A stretch of DNA of 64,000 nt, taken from contig JAFQVV010000006.1 in the NCBI GenBank assembly GCA_017407835.1, positions 5,809-69,808 on the forward strand, read 5' to 3'. The position numbers were made by a program, and so were the translations under genes. Positions within the stretch are counted from its first letter, which is position 1. Each line of letters begins with the position of its first letter. The notes under the pieces are model-generated. The model saw nothing but the letters and a program-made list of their open reading frames with translations. It was not told where the DNA came from and made no database searches. The DNA is from Clostridia bacterium. GTDB taxonomy: Bacteria > Bacillota > Clostridia > Oscillospirales > CAG-272. This document shows, piece after piece, positions 20,860 through 28,885 of this stretch.

Positions 20860-21237
20860 ATGGCTACTGAAAAGACCACTGCTATCCTTGACCAGATCAA
20901 GGAACTTACCATTCTTGAGCTCTCCGACCTCGTGAAGGCTCTCGAGGAGGAGTTCGGCGTATCTGCCGCTCCCGTTGCTGCTGTCGCTGTTGGCGGCGCT
21001 GCTCCCGCTGCTGCCGCTGAGGAAAAGACCGAGTTCGACGTCATCCTCGCAAACTTCGGCGCAAAGAAGCTCGACGTTATCAAGGTTGTCCGCGAGATCA
21101 CCGGTCTCGGCCTCAAGGACGCAAAGGACCTGGTCGAGGGTGCTCCGAAGCCTGTCAAGGAAGGCGCTTCCAAGGAAGAGGCAGAGGACATCAAGAAGAA
21201 GCTGGAAGAGGCCGGCGCTTCTGTCGAGCTGAAGTAA
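20860..21237 (+). CDS. rplL: 50S ribosomal protein L7/L12
   Basis: [18 protein letters not shown] and [12 protein letters not shown] motifs. Confidence 0.98.
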   Translation: MATEKTTAILDQIKELTILELSDLVKALEEEFGVSAAPVAAVAVGGAAPAAAAEEKTEFDVILANFGAKKLDVIKVVREITGLGLKDAKDLVEGAPKPVKEGASKEEAEDIKKKLEEAGASVELK

Positions 21238-21287
21238 TTCGCTTCCCAGACGCTATTTACCGATTAAAGTCTGTCTTTCGGGTCAAT

Positions 21288-21322
21288 AATAAAAGCAGCC
21301 GAAACGGCTGCTTTTATTTTTT
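21288..21322 (+). terminator. Intrinsic terminator after rplL
   Basis: AATAAAAGCAGCC-GAAA-CGGCTGCTTTTATTTTTT. Confidence 0.85.
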
Positions 21323-21437
21323 ACCAATAAAGATATTTTCAAAACCTCCATTTTTTCAGCACCGGTATCTTGACATTATTATCAAAACGTGTTAAAATAG
21401 TTTTGAAAACTATTTGTAATAGCAAAGGGTGACATGT

Positions 21438-22124
21438 ATGGCAGCAAAAAGGAAAAAGGTGATTATATGGGGCGACTCGGTGACAAAAGGTGTAATATAC
21501 GACGAAACACGCCGGCGTTACACGCTGGCACCGCAGACAGCTGTATCCATTGCGGCCGCTGCACTGGAGCTGGACGTGATCAATCGGTCACGGATGGGGG
21601 CGACGGTACAGGAAGGCGAGAGCATGATGTACCGAGATCTCGAGCGCGGTCTCACCGCAGATATGGCGATCATCGAATATGGCGGCAACGACTGTGATTT
21701 CAATTGGCAGGCAATCAGTGAAGCGCCGGAGCGCGAACATTTGCCCAAAACACCCGCACCGCTCTTCGAGGAAAAGCTTCGCAGCATGATCGGGGCACTC
21801 TCCTCCCGGGGAATCAAGCCTATTCTTGTGACCTTGCCCCCCATCGTTGCAGAACGATATTTCTCCTTCATCGCACAGAGAGGGCTTGATTCCAACAATA
21901 TTTTACGCTGGCTTGGCGATAAAAATCACATCTATCGCTATCACGAACGCTACTCTTCCCTCATCACACGAATCGCACACGATTGCGGATGCCATCTGCT
22001 CGATCTGCGCGCCGATTTTTTGGCCCTCTGGAACTCAGCGCATCTCTTCTGTCCCGACGGCATCCATCCGAATGCAGAGGGGCAGTGCTTTATGGGAGAG
22101 TCAATCATTCGCGCCATTGGATGA
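21438..22124 (+). CDS. SGNH/GDSL-family hydrolase
   Basis: WGDSVT, GGND and DGIHP catalytic blocks. Confidence 0.88.
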   Translation: MAAKRKKVIIWGDSVTKGVIYDETRRRYTLAPQTAVSIAAAALELDVINRSRMGATVQEGESMMYRDLERGLTADMAIIEYGGNDCDFNWQAISEAPEREHLPKTPAPLFEEKLRSMIGALSSRGIKPILVTLPPIVAERYFSFIAQRGLDSNNILRWLGDKNHIYRYHERYSSLITRIAHDCGCHLLDLRADFLALWNSAHLFCPDGIHPNAEGQCFMGESIIRAIG

Positions 22125-22201
22125 TTTTTGTTTATTTTCAACAAATTGAAGTCTGCAAATTATGCACTTAACCAAAATTTCGCACATCAATTGAAAAAGT
22201 G

Positions 22202-22230
22202 TTGACAAATCGATCACTGTCTGTTATACT
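22202..22230 (+). promoter_or_regulatory. Sigma-A promoter driving an ORF-less repeat unit
   Basis: TTGACA(22202)-17 bp-TATACT(22225) with TG extended -10. Confidence 0.85.
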
Positions 22231-22236
22231 GAAATC

Positions 22237-22605
22237 GGAAAGCAGGAAGGCATCAAAGGGATGCACCCAAAGGCTTCCGTACGAAAGGAGAAGGCACACC
22301 GATGGGCCATCACAACTGACTAAACACGTTCCGTTGACATAGATGGAAGACGTACCGCCACATGATTGCGCGAAAGGAGAAGGCACGCCAATGGGCCACG
22401 ACGAGTAAGACGAATCATCGATCGCCTCATCGCCTACCCCGATGGAAGTTCCACCCGCTGTGCGAAAGGAGAAGGCACGCCAATGTACCGGTTCATTGTT
22501 CGGCTATGATAGCCGATAAGCCAGTTGTTTTTTCACAGAAACTTTCACTTACCTCCTTAACATATTTGTGGGGGCTGTTGCAAATGCAACAGCCCCCACA
22601 AAAAA
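22237..22605 (+). ncRNA. Candidate small RNA (or mini-ORF array) with three conserved repeats
   Basis: Strong promoter; repeats CGAAAGGAGAAGGCAC(A/G)CC(G/A)ATG at 22282, 22371 and 22463; anti-SD ACCTCCTT at 22551; 16-bp perfect stem at 22567-22602. Confidence 0.55.
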
Positions 22606-22719
22606 TCTCCAACAAGACCGCTTTTTTGAACTTCCGTAGGAATTTGATGCAAGATTTGATGGTTTTAGAACTTGCAAGGTCTCAAATATCGGTGGTCATA
22701 CCGCCAAATCAAACTCGAC

Positions 22720-22756
22720 GGGGTGTCGCGCTCATTTGCACGACACCCCCTTTTTC
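22720..22756 (+). terminator. Intrinsic terminator upstream of the cadC promoter
   Basis: GGGGTGTCG/CGACACCCC stem followed by CTTTTT. Confidence 0.7.
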
Positions 22757-22777
22757 ATGTATTTTTTCATTTTTCTC

Positions 22778-22826
22778 TTGACACAAAAGCAATTTCATGA
22801 TATCATATGAACAAATGAACATATGA
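22778..22826 (+). promoter_or_regulatory. cad operon promoter with overlapping ArsR/SmtB operator
   Basis: TTGACA-17 bp-TATCAT; imperfect inverted repeat TCATATGAACAAATGAACATATGA over the -10. Confidence 0.75.
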
Positions 22827-22838
22827 AAGGTTAAAAAC

Positions 22839-23198
22839 ATGAAAGAAAATACATGTCCCACAGACACCTATCTTTGCCTGACTCCCGAACGTGTGGCAGA
22901 TATTCTGGATGAAATGCCCCCCGATGAGCAGCTTTACGATCTCGCCGAACTTTTCAAAATTTTCGGCGATTCCACGCGGATTCGCATTCTGTATGCACTC
23001 TTTGAGGCGGAGATGTGCGTGGGTGATATCGCACAGCTGCTCGGACTTTCACAAACTGCCGTTTCCCATCAGCTGCGCGTACTGAAAATCAACAAGTTGG
23101 TCAAAGGGCGAAAGGAAGGCAAAATTGTCTTTTACGCCCTCGCCGATGAGCATGTCCGCCGTATCATCGATCAGGGCATGGAACATATCGCCGAATAA
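22839..23198 (+). CDS. cadC: ArsR/SmtB-family metal-sensing repressor
   Basis: LAELFKIFGDSTRIRIL, EMCVGDIA, SHQLRVL and LADEHV motifs. Confidence 0.88.
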   Translation: MKENTCPTDTYLCLTPERVADILDEMPPDEQLYDLAELFKIFGDSTRIRILYALFEAEMCVGDIAQLLGLSQTAVSHQLRVLKINKLVKGRKEGKIVFYALADEHVRRIIDQGMEHIAE

Positions 23199-23218
23199 CC
23201 GAGATAAGGAGTTACATC

Positions 23219-23437
23219 ATGAAAAAAGTGTTCAAGATGCGTGACCTTGACTGTGCCAACTGTGCACGCAAAATGGAGGATGCCATCCGCCGCATCGACG
23301 GCGTTGCCGATGTACAGATCAATTTTCTTTTGCAGAAGATGGTCTTGACGGCCGATGATACACACTTCGATGAGATTGTGGAGCAGGCAGCCCGGGTTTG
23401 CCGCAAAATAGAGCGGCATTGCGTTATCCTCCGCTGA
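23219..23437 (+). CDS. Heavy-metal-associated (HMA) domain protein
   Basis: LDCANCA metal-binding motif; split N-terminal domain of the P1B ATPase. Confidence 0.88.
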   Translation: MKKVFKMRDLDCANCARKMEDAIRRIDGVADVQINFLLQKMVLTADDTHFDEIVEQAARVCRKIERHCVILR

Positions 23438-23450
23438 AAGGAGGCACGCT

Positions 23451-25322
23451 ATGACCGGCAAGCAAAAGCGTACTTCGGCGAGAATTCTTCTCTCTGCTAT
23501 CCTCTTCGGCACAGCCATCATCCTGCCCCTGCAGGGCAATGCACGGTTGATTGTGTTTATTCTCCCCTACCTCATCATCGGCGCAGACGTGCTTTGGCAC
23601 GCGCTGTCCGGGATAGCCCATGCCCAAATTTTCGATGAAAATTTTCTCATGGCCCTTGCTACCATCGGTGCGCTCTGCATCGGCGAATATCCCGAAGCGG
23701 TCGCCGTCATGCTTTTTTATCAAGTCGGCGAATTTTTTCAGGATTATGCTGTGAACCGCTCCCGTCAATCAATCGCCGCACTGATGGATATTTGCCCCGA
23801 CAGCGCAAATTTGGAGAAAGACGGTGAACTGTTCTCTGTTTTACCCGATGCGGTCAATGTCGGGGATATTATCGTTGTCAAGCCGGGTGAGCGGATTCCT
23901 CTGGATGGCAGTATTGTCACAGGCAGCTCTTCGCTCAATACTGCGGCACTGACAGGGGAACCGCTTCCCCGCCCCGTCTCGGCAGGTGACGAGGTGTTCA
24001 GCGGCTCGATCAACGAAACCGGCTTGCTACGCATACAGGTCAGCCGACCGTTCGCCGATTCGACCGTCTCGCGCATTCTGGAGCTGGTCGAAAACGCCTC
24101 GGCAAACAAAGCAAAAGCCGAGCATTTCATCACACGTTTTGCACGCTGGTACACCCCCTGTGTCGTTGGTGCCGCCCTTCTGGTTGCGCTCATCCCCCCC
24201 CTCTGTTTGCGGGGGGATTGGCAGAAATGGCTCTATCAGGCACTGACCTTTTTGGTTGTTTCCTGCCCCTGCGCGCTGGTCATCTCGATCCCGCTCAGCT
24301 TTTTCGGCGGAATCGGGGGCGCGTCACGGCGAGGGATTCTCGTCAAGGGGGGCAATTATCTCGAAGCCTTGGCAGATGCCGAGACGGTGGTATTTGACAA
24401 AACCGGAACGCTGACCTCGGGTAACTTTCGTGTCACTGAAATTTGCCCCCTCCTGGACATTACCGCGCGTGATCTGCTCACCTATGCAGCGCTTGCTGAA
24501 ATTTATTCCGACCACCCCATTGCCCGCTCGCTGCGCGATGCGGCGGGTGAGCTTGACCGTACACGCGTTGACACTGTGCATGAAGAGGCGGGACTGGGTG
24601 TTCGGGCAATGGTAGACGGTACTCCCGTTGCGGCGGGCAGCCGACAGCTGATGGATGCCCTCTGCCTTACCGTTGATTCTTTCTCTGAAAACGGAAGCAC
24701 TGCCGTACATGTTGCCATTGACAACCAATACGCGGGATATATCATCATCGCCGATGAACCCAAACCCCATACCGCAGACACAATCGCCGCCCTGCGCAGG
24801 CTGGGTATTCGCCGAACCGTCATGCTGACCGGGGATCGCCCCGCGCGCGCGGCGCAAATCGCGGCATCGCTGGGATTGGATGACTACCGCGCCGAGCTTT
24901 TGCCTCACGATAAGGTTGCCTGTATCGAATCATTGCTCACCGAGCAAACAGGCGGGCGGCTGATTTTTGTCGGAGATGGGATCAACGATGCCCCTGCCCT
25001 CTCGCGCGCCGATATCGGCATTGCCATGGGCGGACTGGGGACAGATGCCGCCATTGAAGCCGCCGATCTGGTCATCATGGATGACAGCATCGCCAAGGTT
25101 GCCGAAGCCATTGCCATCGCTCGCCGCACAAGACGGATCGTTCGGCAAAACATCATTTTTGCCCTGTCGGTTAAGGGACTTGTGCTGCTGGCGGGATTGG
25201 TCGGAGCAGCGAATATGTGGTTTGCGGTCTTTGCCGATGTGGGTGTCGCCCTGCTTGCCGTGGTGAACGCCATGCGCTGCCTGCATACCGGCCATCCCGC
25301 ATCGGTCGAGCAGAAATCTTAA
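23451..25322 (+). CDS. cadA: Cd/Zn/Co-translocating P1B-type ATPase
   Basis: TGE, SCPCAL, DKTGT, HP and GDGINDAP motifs. Confidence 0.93.
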   Translation: MTGKQKRTSARILLSAILFGTAIILPLQGNARLIVFILPYLIIGADVLWHALSGIAHAQIFDENFLMALATIGALCIGEYPEAVAVMLFYQVGEFFQDYAVNRSRQSIAALMDICPDSANLEKDGELFSVLPDAVNVGDIIVVKPGERIPLDGSIVTGSSSLNTAALTGEPLPRPVSAGDEVFSGSINETGLLRIQVSRPFADSTVSRILELVENASANKAKAEHFITRFARWYTPCVVGAALLVALIPPLCLRGDWQKWLYQALTFLVVSCPCALVISIPLSFFGGIGGASRRGILVKGGNYLEALADAETVVFDKTGTLTSGNFRVTEICPLLDITARDLLTYAALAEIYSDHPIARSLRDAAGELDRTRVDTVHEEAGLGVRAMVDGTPVAAGSRQLMDALCLTVDSFSENGSTAVHVAIDNQYAGYIIIADEPKPHTADTIAALRRLGIRRTVMLTGDRPARAAQIAASLGLDDYRAELLPHDKVACIESLLTEQTGGRLIFVGDGINDAPALSRADIGIAMGGLGTDAAIEAADLVIMDDSIAKVAEAIAIARRTRRIVRQNIIFALSVKGLVLLAGLVGAANMWFAVFADVGVALLAVVNAMRCLHTGHPASVEQKS

Positions 25323-25385
25323 CGCACAAACCATCTGCCACTGCATCCTGCAAATCGTCAATGAACACCACTCACCGACCGTGTC

Positions 25386-25740
25386 GTGATCAACCCCTTC
25401 AGCGGCAGGCTAAATGAATATGTGTACAAAACCTACAGCAACAAATACCGTCAGCACGTCTTTTACCCCATTAGCCATCTCGACGGCGGAATGACGATTG
25501 ATCCCTATTCCTACGCCTACTGCGCCTGTATGTTCAAAACTTGGTTCAGCGAGGTCAACATCGCCGCAAAAGCAGAATTTGATGCCATGGCAGAAAAAGG
25601 CGTACAGCCTTGGGCAGGTGCTGACATCCGCGACGAGCACGGTGGCGATCTTGTCTTTGATACGAGTCCTGTTCTCATCACCTGCGACAATCTCCAGTTA
25701 TCCTCGATTTTCTGCGTCCAAAAGGCTATCATCAATCTCC
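25386..25740 (+). pseudogene. Probable internal gene fragment
   Basis: Protein-like reading frame (YVYKTYSNKYRQHVFYPISHLDGG...) with no RBS or clean ends; runs out of frame into the deaminase gene. Confidence 0.35.
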
Positions 25741-25767
25741 CCTATCCCACCCAAAGGAGGCCTACAC

Positions 25768-26178
25768 ATGACAAAATATCCGATCACCGACACAGACCGA
25801 ATCCTGATTGCAGAAGGACTGGAAGTATTAGCCCAAAATTTTGATGACGGCACATACAACCATACGGTTGGCTGTGCCCTGCTGTGCAAAAACGGAAAGA
25901 TCTACCGGGGCGTCAACTGCGACGGCATTCACGGTGCCTGCGCCGAATACATCACAATGGGCATGGCCATATCGAACGGCGAGCACGAATTTGACACAAT
26001 TGTAGCGGTTCATGAAAAGCATCTCAACGCGGTCATTCCGCCCTGCGGGAACTGCCGGCAAATGCTGTTTGAATATTGTCCCGATATCAAGGTGATTGTC
26101 AACGATGAACAGGGAAATTTGATCAAGGTCACAGCAAGAGATTTGCTCCCCTTTGCATGGGAACCTGTAAAATGCTGA
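25768..26178 (+). CDS. Cytidine deaminase-family protein (homotetrameric/blasticidin-S deaminase-like)
   Basis: HTVGCA, GVN, CAE and PCGNCRQ zinc motifs; AAGGAGG RBS. Confidence 0.88.
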   Translation: MTKYPITDTDRILIAEGLEVLAQNFDDGTYNHTVGCALLCKNGKIYRGVNCDGIHGACAEYITMGMAISNGEHEFDTIVAVHEKHLNAVIPPCGNCRQMLFEYCPDIKVIVNDEQGNLIKVTARDLLPFAWEPVKC

Positions 26179-26185
26179 AAATGCT

Positions 26186-26240
26186 GAGAATGCCGAGGGT
26201 GCTGCGCAAATTGCACTGCACCCTCGGCATTCTTCGTTTG
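26186..26240. terminator. Bidirectional terminator
   Basis: GAATGCCGAGGGTGC/GCACCCTCGGCATTC inverted repeat between convergent genes. Confidence 0.75.
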
Positions 26241-26252
26241 GTTTTGCGTTGT

Positions 26253-26879
26253 TTATTTGTCACCGGGCAGCCGATAGGTAAAGTGATCGATGCGGGTGAT
26301 GCCCATCTTGCGCAAACGCTCTGCCGTGGCATCGGTATCGCTCTCGCCGTTATAGCCGGGGATCAGCGGTACCCGAGCCACGATTCTGTCCTCGCCCGCC
26401 TGCGACAAAAGCCATGCAAGATTGTCCCAGGCAAGGTCTGCATCCCGCCCTGTGTAGGCAACATAGCGGGCGGGATCTCCCTCCTTGACGTCCACATAGA
26501 AGCAGTCAGCGGCCTGTACGGCCAGCTCCACCGCACGGCGAGGAACGGAAAGGCAGGTTTCCACGTTGATCTTCCATTCGTGCCCACAGACAGCCCGGAA
26601 AGCGGGGAAAAAATCGGCGTAGAGCAAGGGTTCCCCTCCCCCGAAAGTTACACCGCCCCCGGTGGCGCGGAAATAGAGATCGTCCCGCTTCAGCACCCGC
26701 CACAGCTCTTCGGGGGTGTAGTCCCTGGTGGCAGTCCCCTGCCGCCAGGACTGAGGATTGAGACAGTAACGGCAGCGCAGGGGACAGCCGTAGCCGCAGA
26801 CCAGAGTGGTCACCCCTTCCCCGTCGCTGGCCATCCGCAGGCGGGAAACCCCAAAGGCGCGAAAGATGGGAGCACTCAT
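26253..26879 (-). CDS. Radical SAM protein, glycyl-radical activating enzyme-like
   Basis: DGEGVTT, GCPLRCRYCLNP (CxxxCxxC), GGVTFGGGEP and RVPLIPGYN motifs typical of PflA-like activases. Confidence 0.9.
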   Translation of the reverse strand: MSAPIFRAFGVSRLRMASDGEGVTTLVCGYGCPLRCRYCLNPQSWRQGTATRDYTPEELWRVLKRDDLYFRATGGGVTFGGGEPLLYADFFPAFRAVCGHEWKINVETCLSVPRRAVELAVQAADCFYVDVKEGDPARYVAYTGRDADLAWDNLAWLLSQAGEDRIVARVPLIPGYNGESDTDATAERLRKMGITRIDHFTYRLPGDK

Positions 26880-27553
26880 GATGTGGAAGAGTCCGGGATG
26901 ATTTCAGGTGCAATCGTCACCGCGTCCCTTTCCTCCTCGGGCTCGGGGAGCAGCTGATCGTCGCCGACGAGCTCACCGACAGTCTCGGTCTCGGGCACCG
27001 GCATAGTCCCCATGAGTACCGTAGTTTCCACATACGGCTCGGTGGTGACAGTAGAATCGTCCTCCGGTTCGGGCAGGTCTGTTTCGGGTAATGGGGCGCC
27101 CATCGTAGACTCTTCAGGTCCCGGAAGCACAGGATCCCCCATCAGCGGCTCGACCGGCATCAGCCCTTCCACAACAGGTGGCTCGGTAGTCGTAGTCGAT
27201 TCCACCAGCTCACCGGGAAGATGCGTGGTCTGCTCAATCTGCTCACTTCCCGTGGTATCAGGGGGGAGCATATCCCCCTGCAGCTGATTGTTGCGGGAAA
27301 AGGGATTGTCACAGGAAGCGAGATTAACGCTCAGCAGTCCCATGGACAGGCCAACAACTGCAATGCGCTTCCCCAGAGAACGGCGTTCGGAGAGACTTCG
27401 CTCCAGCCGGCGAAGCTCGGCCTCGCAATAGGGGCAGGTACCGATACATTCCCCCGTATGCGTGCATGCACGTTCCGCATAGGGAATATTGTTGGCAGCG
27501 GCAATATCGCGGCGGATTCGGCGCAGAAGATTGCATTTTTCTTTTCCGGTCAT
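26876..27553 (-). CDS. Uncharacterised lipoprotein-like protein: Cys-rich N-terminal domain, TM/lipobox, repeated hydrophobic-x-Gly motifs
   Basis: AGGAGG RBS; CTHTGECIGTCPYC; hydrophobic stretch ending LASC; acidic Pro/Thr-rich tail; ATGA overlap with the radical SAM gene. Confidence 0.85.
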   Translation of the reverse strand: MTGKEKCNLLRRIRRDIAAANNIPYAERACTHTGECIGTCPYCEAELRRLERSLSERRSLGKRIAVVGLSMGLLSVNLASCDNPFSRNNQLQGDMLPPDTTGSEQIEQTTHLPGELVESTTTTEPPVVEGLMPVEPLMGDPVLPGPEESTMGAPLPETDLPEPEDDSTVTTEPYVETTVLMGTMPVPETETVGELVGDDQLLPEPEEERDAVTIAPEIIPDSSTS

Positions 27554-27718
27554 GGCAATTTACCTCCTGATGATTTCAATGGATAAGACGCAAAAAATTT
27601 GTTTTTGTTCCCAAGCACAGCAGAATTTTCTCCGCGCCGATATCGGAGCAGACTTGACAGGGATACAAAAAAATGATACAATACCATCATCACAATCAAA
27701 CCCGAAAGGATATATGCT

Positions 27719-28021
27719 ATGATCCGTCACGTTGTTATGTGGAAATTCAAGGAGGAAGCTGAGGGCAAGACCAAGGCCGAGAATATGCAAATCGTCCGCG
27801 ATTCTCTCTTTGCCCTGCTTCCCATCATCCCCGAGATCAAGCTCATGGAAATCGACTGCGACATCTCCCATACCGAAATGTCCTATGACATGATGCTCAC
27901 CACCGAGTTCGAGTCGGTGGCATCCATGAAAGTTTATGCAGAGCATCCCGAGCACAAAAAGGTACAAGCTTTTGTGAAAGCGGTGCGGGAAGCCCGCATC
28001 GTCCTCGACTGCGAGAGATAA
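27719..28021 (+). CDS. Dabb family (stress-responsive A/B barrel) protein
   Basis: MIRHVVMWKFK...YAEHPEH signature. Confidence 0.9.
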   Translation: MIRHVVMWKFKEEAEGKTKAENMQIVRDSLFALLPIIPEIKLMEIDCDISHTEMSYDMMLTTEFESVASMKVYAEHPEHKKVQAFVKAVREARIVLDCER

Positions 28022-28026
28022 TCGGC

Positions 28027-28085
28027 AAAGCATAAGAAAATCGGTCTGCCGCGCTGCGTCAGACCGATTTTCTTATGCTTTTTTG
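28027..28085. terminator. Bidirectional terminator
   Basis: AAGCATAAGAAAATCGGTCTG/CAGACCGATTTTCTTATGCTT inverted repeat. Confidence 0.8.
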
Positions 28086-28101
28086 CTTTTCCCAATAAAC
28101 C

Positions 28102-28521
28102 TCAATAACGAACCCACCCCATCGTGGGAACAAATACATCCACAATCCATTGGGTACAAAGGATGGCGACAAGAACACACAGCACAACAAAAAGACGCTT
28201 AAGCCAAGTATCTTTGTTGGCCAGTATTGACTTATACATATTTACAACCTCAGATTCCATCACCTTGGTGACAGAAGCCTGAGCGCGGTCTGCAATGAGC
28301 AATTCGGCATCAATCGGCGGCTTGACGGAAATGCCGGCAATCTCATCCAGGGAACCATTCATAGCAGTTACGATTGCCACCATTGTTTGAAAGTTGGCAT
28401 TTTCACCGTTTCCCGCCAGGATTCGGGTGATGGTTGACTCGGAAATACCACTTATTTCCGCAATTTGAGCAGTCGTGAGTTTTTGCTTATTTTTCAAGGC
28501 TTTCAGGCGTTCGGCAATCAC
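28102..28521 (-). CDS. XRE-family HTH regulator with C-terminal TM helix
   Basis: LTTAQIAEISGISESTITRI HTH; hydrophobic C-terminus; lower GC than flanks. Confidence 0.85.
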   Translation of the reverse strand: MIAERLKALKNKQKLTTAQIAEISGISESTITRILAGNGENANFQTMVAIVTAMNGSLDEIAGISVKPPIDAELLIADRAQASVTKVMESEVVNMYKSILANKDTWLKRLFVVLCVLVAILCTQWIVDVFVPTMGWVRY

Positions 28522-28885
28522 GGATGCATGTCCTTTCCCTCATCCGTGAGGGTACAAAATGCACCGATAACGGACAAGTACTAAAATTGATTATGGATTT
28601 TCGGGGAAATTTCGTGTATGATGGAGACACAGAGAAGGTGCAAACACATCGCTCAGGCAATCCATGCATAGACAGACAAAAACTGATCTGTTGTGGAAAA
28701 AATCCCCATGAGCAATTTTATTATACCATGCAAAATGCGATTTGTCAACTGATGAAAAGGCGCAGCCCGCCCAAAGGATTAACCGCACTTACATTAGGGC
28801 CAACAACGCCAACCCCAAAGAGACAATTTTGCACTCCTGTCAATACAATACATAAATTCATAAAAATACGGAGGAAAATAAAACG

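Noticed and set aside
22282-22485. Possible CRISPR array
   Set aside because: Only three imperfect, non-palindromic repeats with 60-70-nt spacers and no cas genes in the window; kept as a candidate sRNA instead.
22507-22560. Minus-strand TAAGGAGGT followed by GTG opening a 14-codon ORF
   Set aside because: SD-to-start spacing is only 2-3 nt and no minus-strand promoter is evident; better read as an anti-SD tract on the plus strand.
22362-22781. 139-aa ORF in the ORF track
   Set aside because: No RBS, runs through two strong hairpins and has non-protein-like composition.
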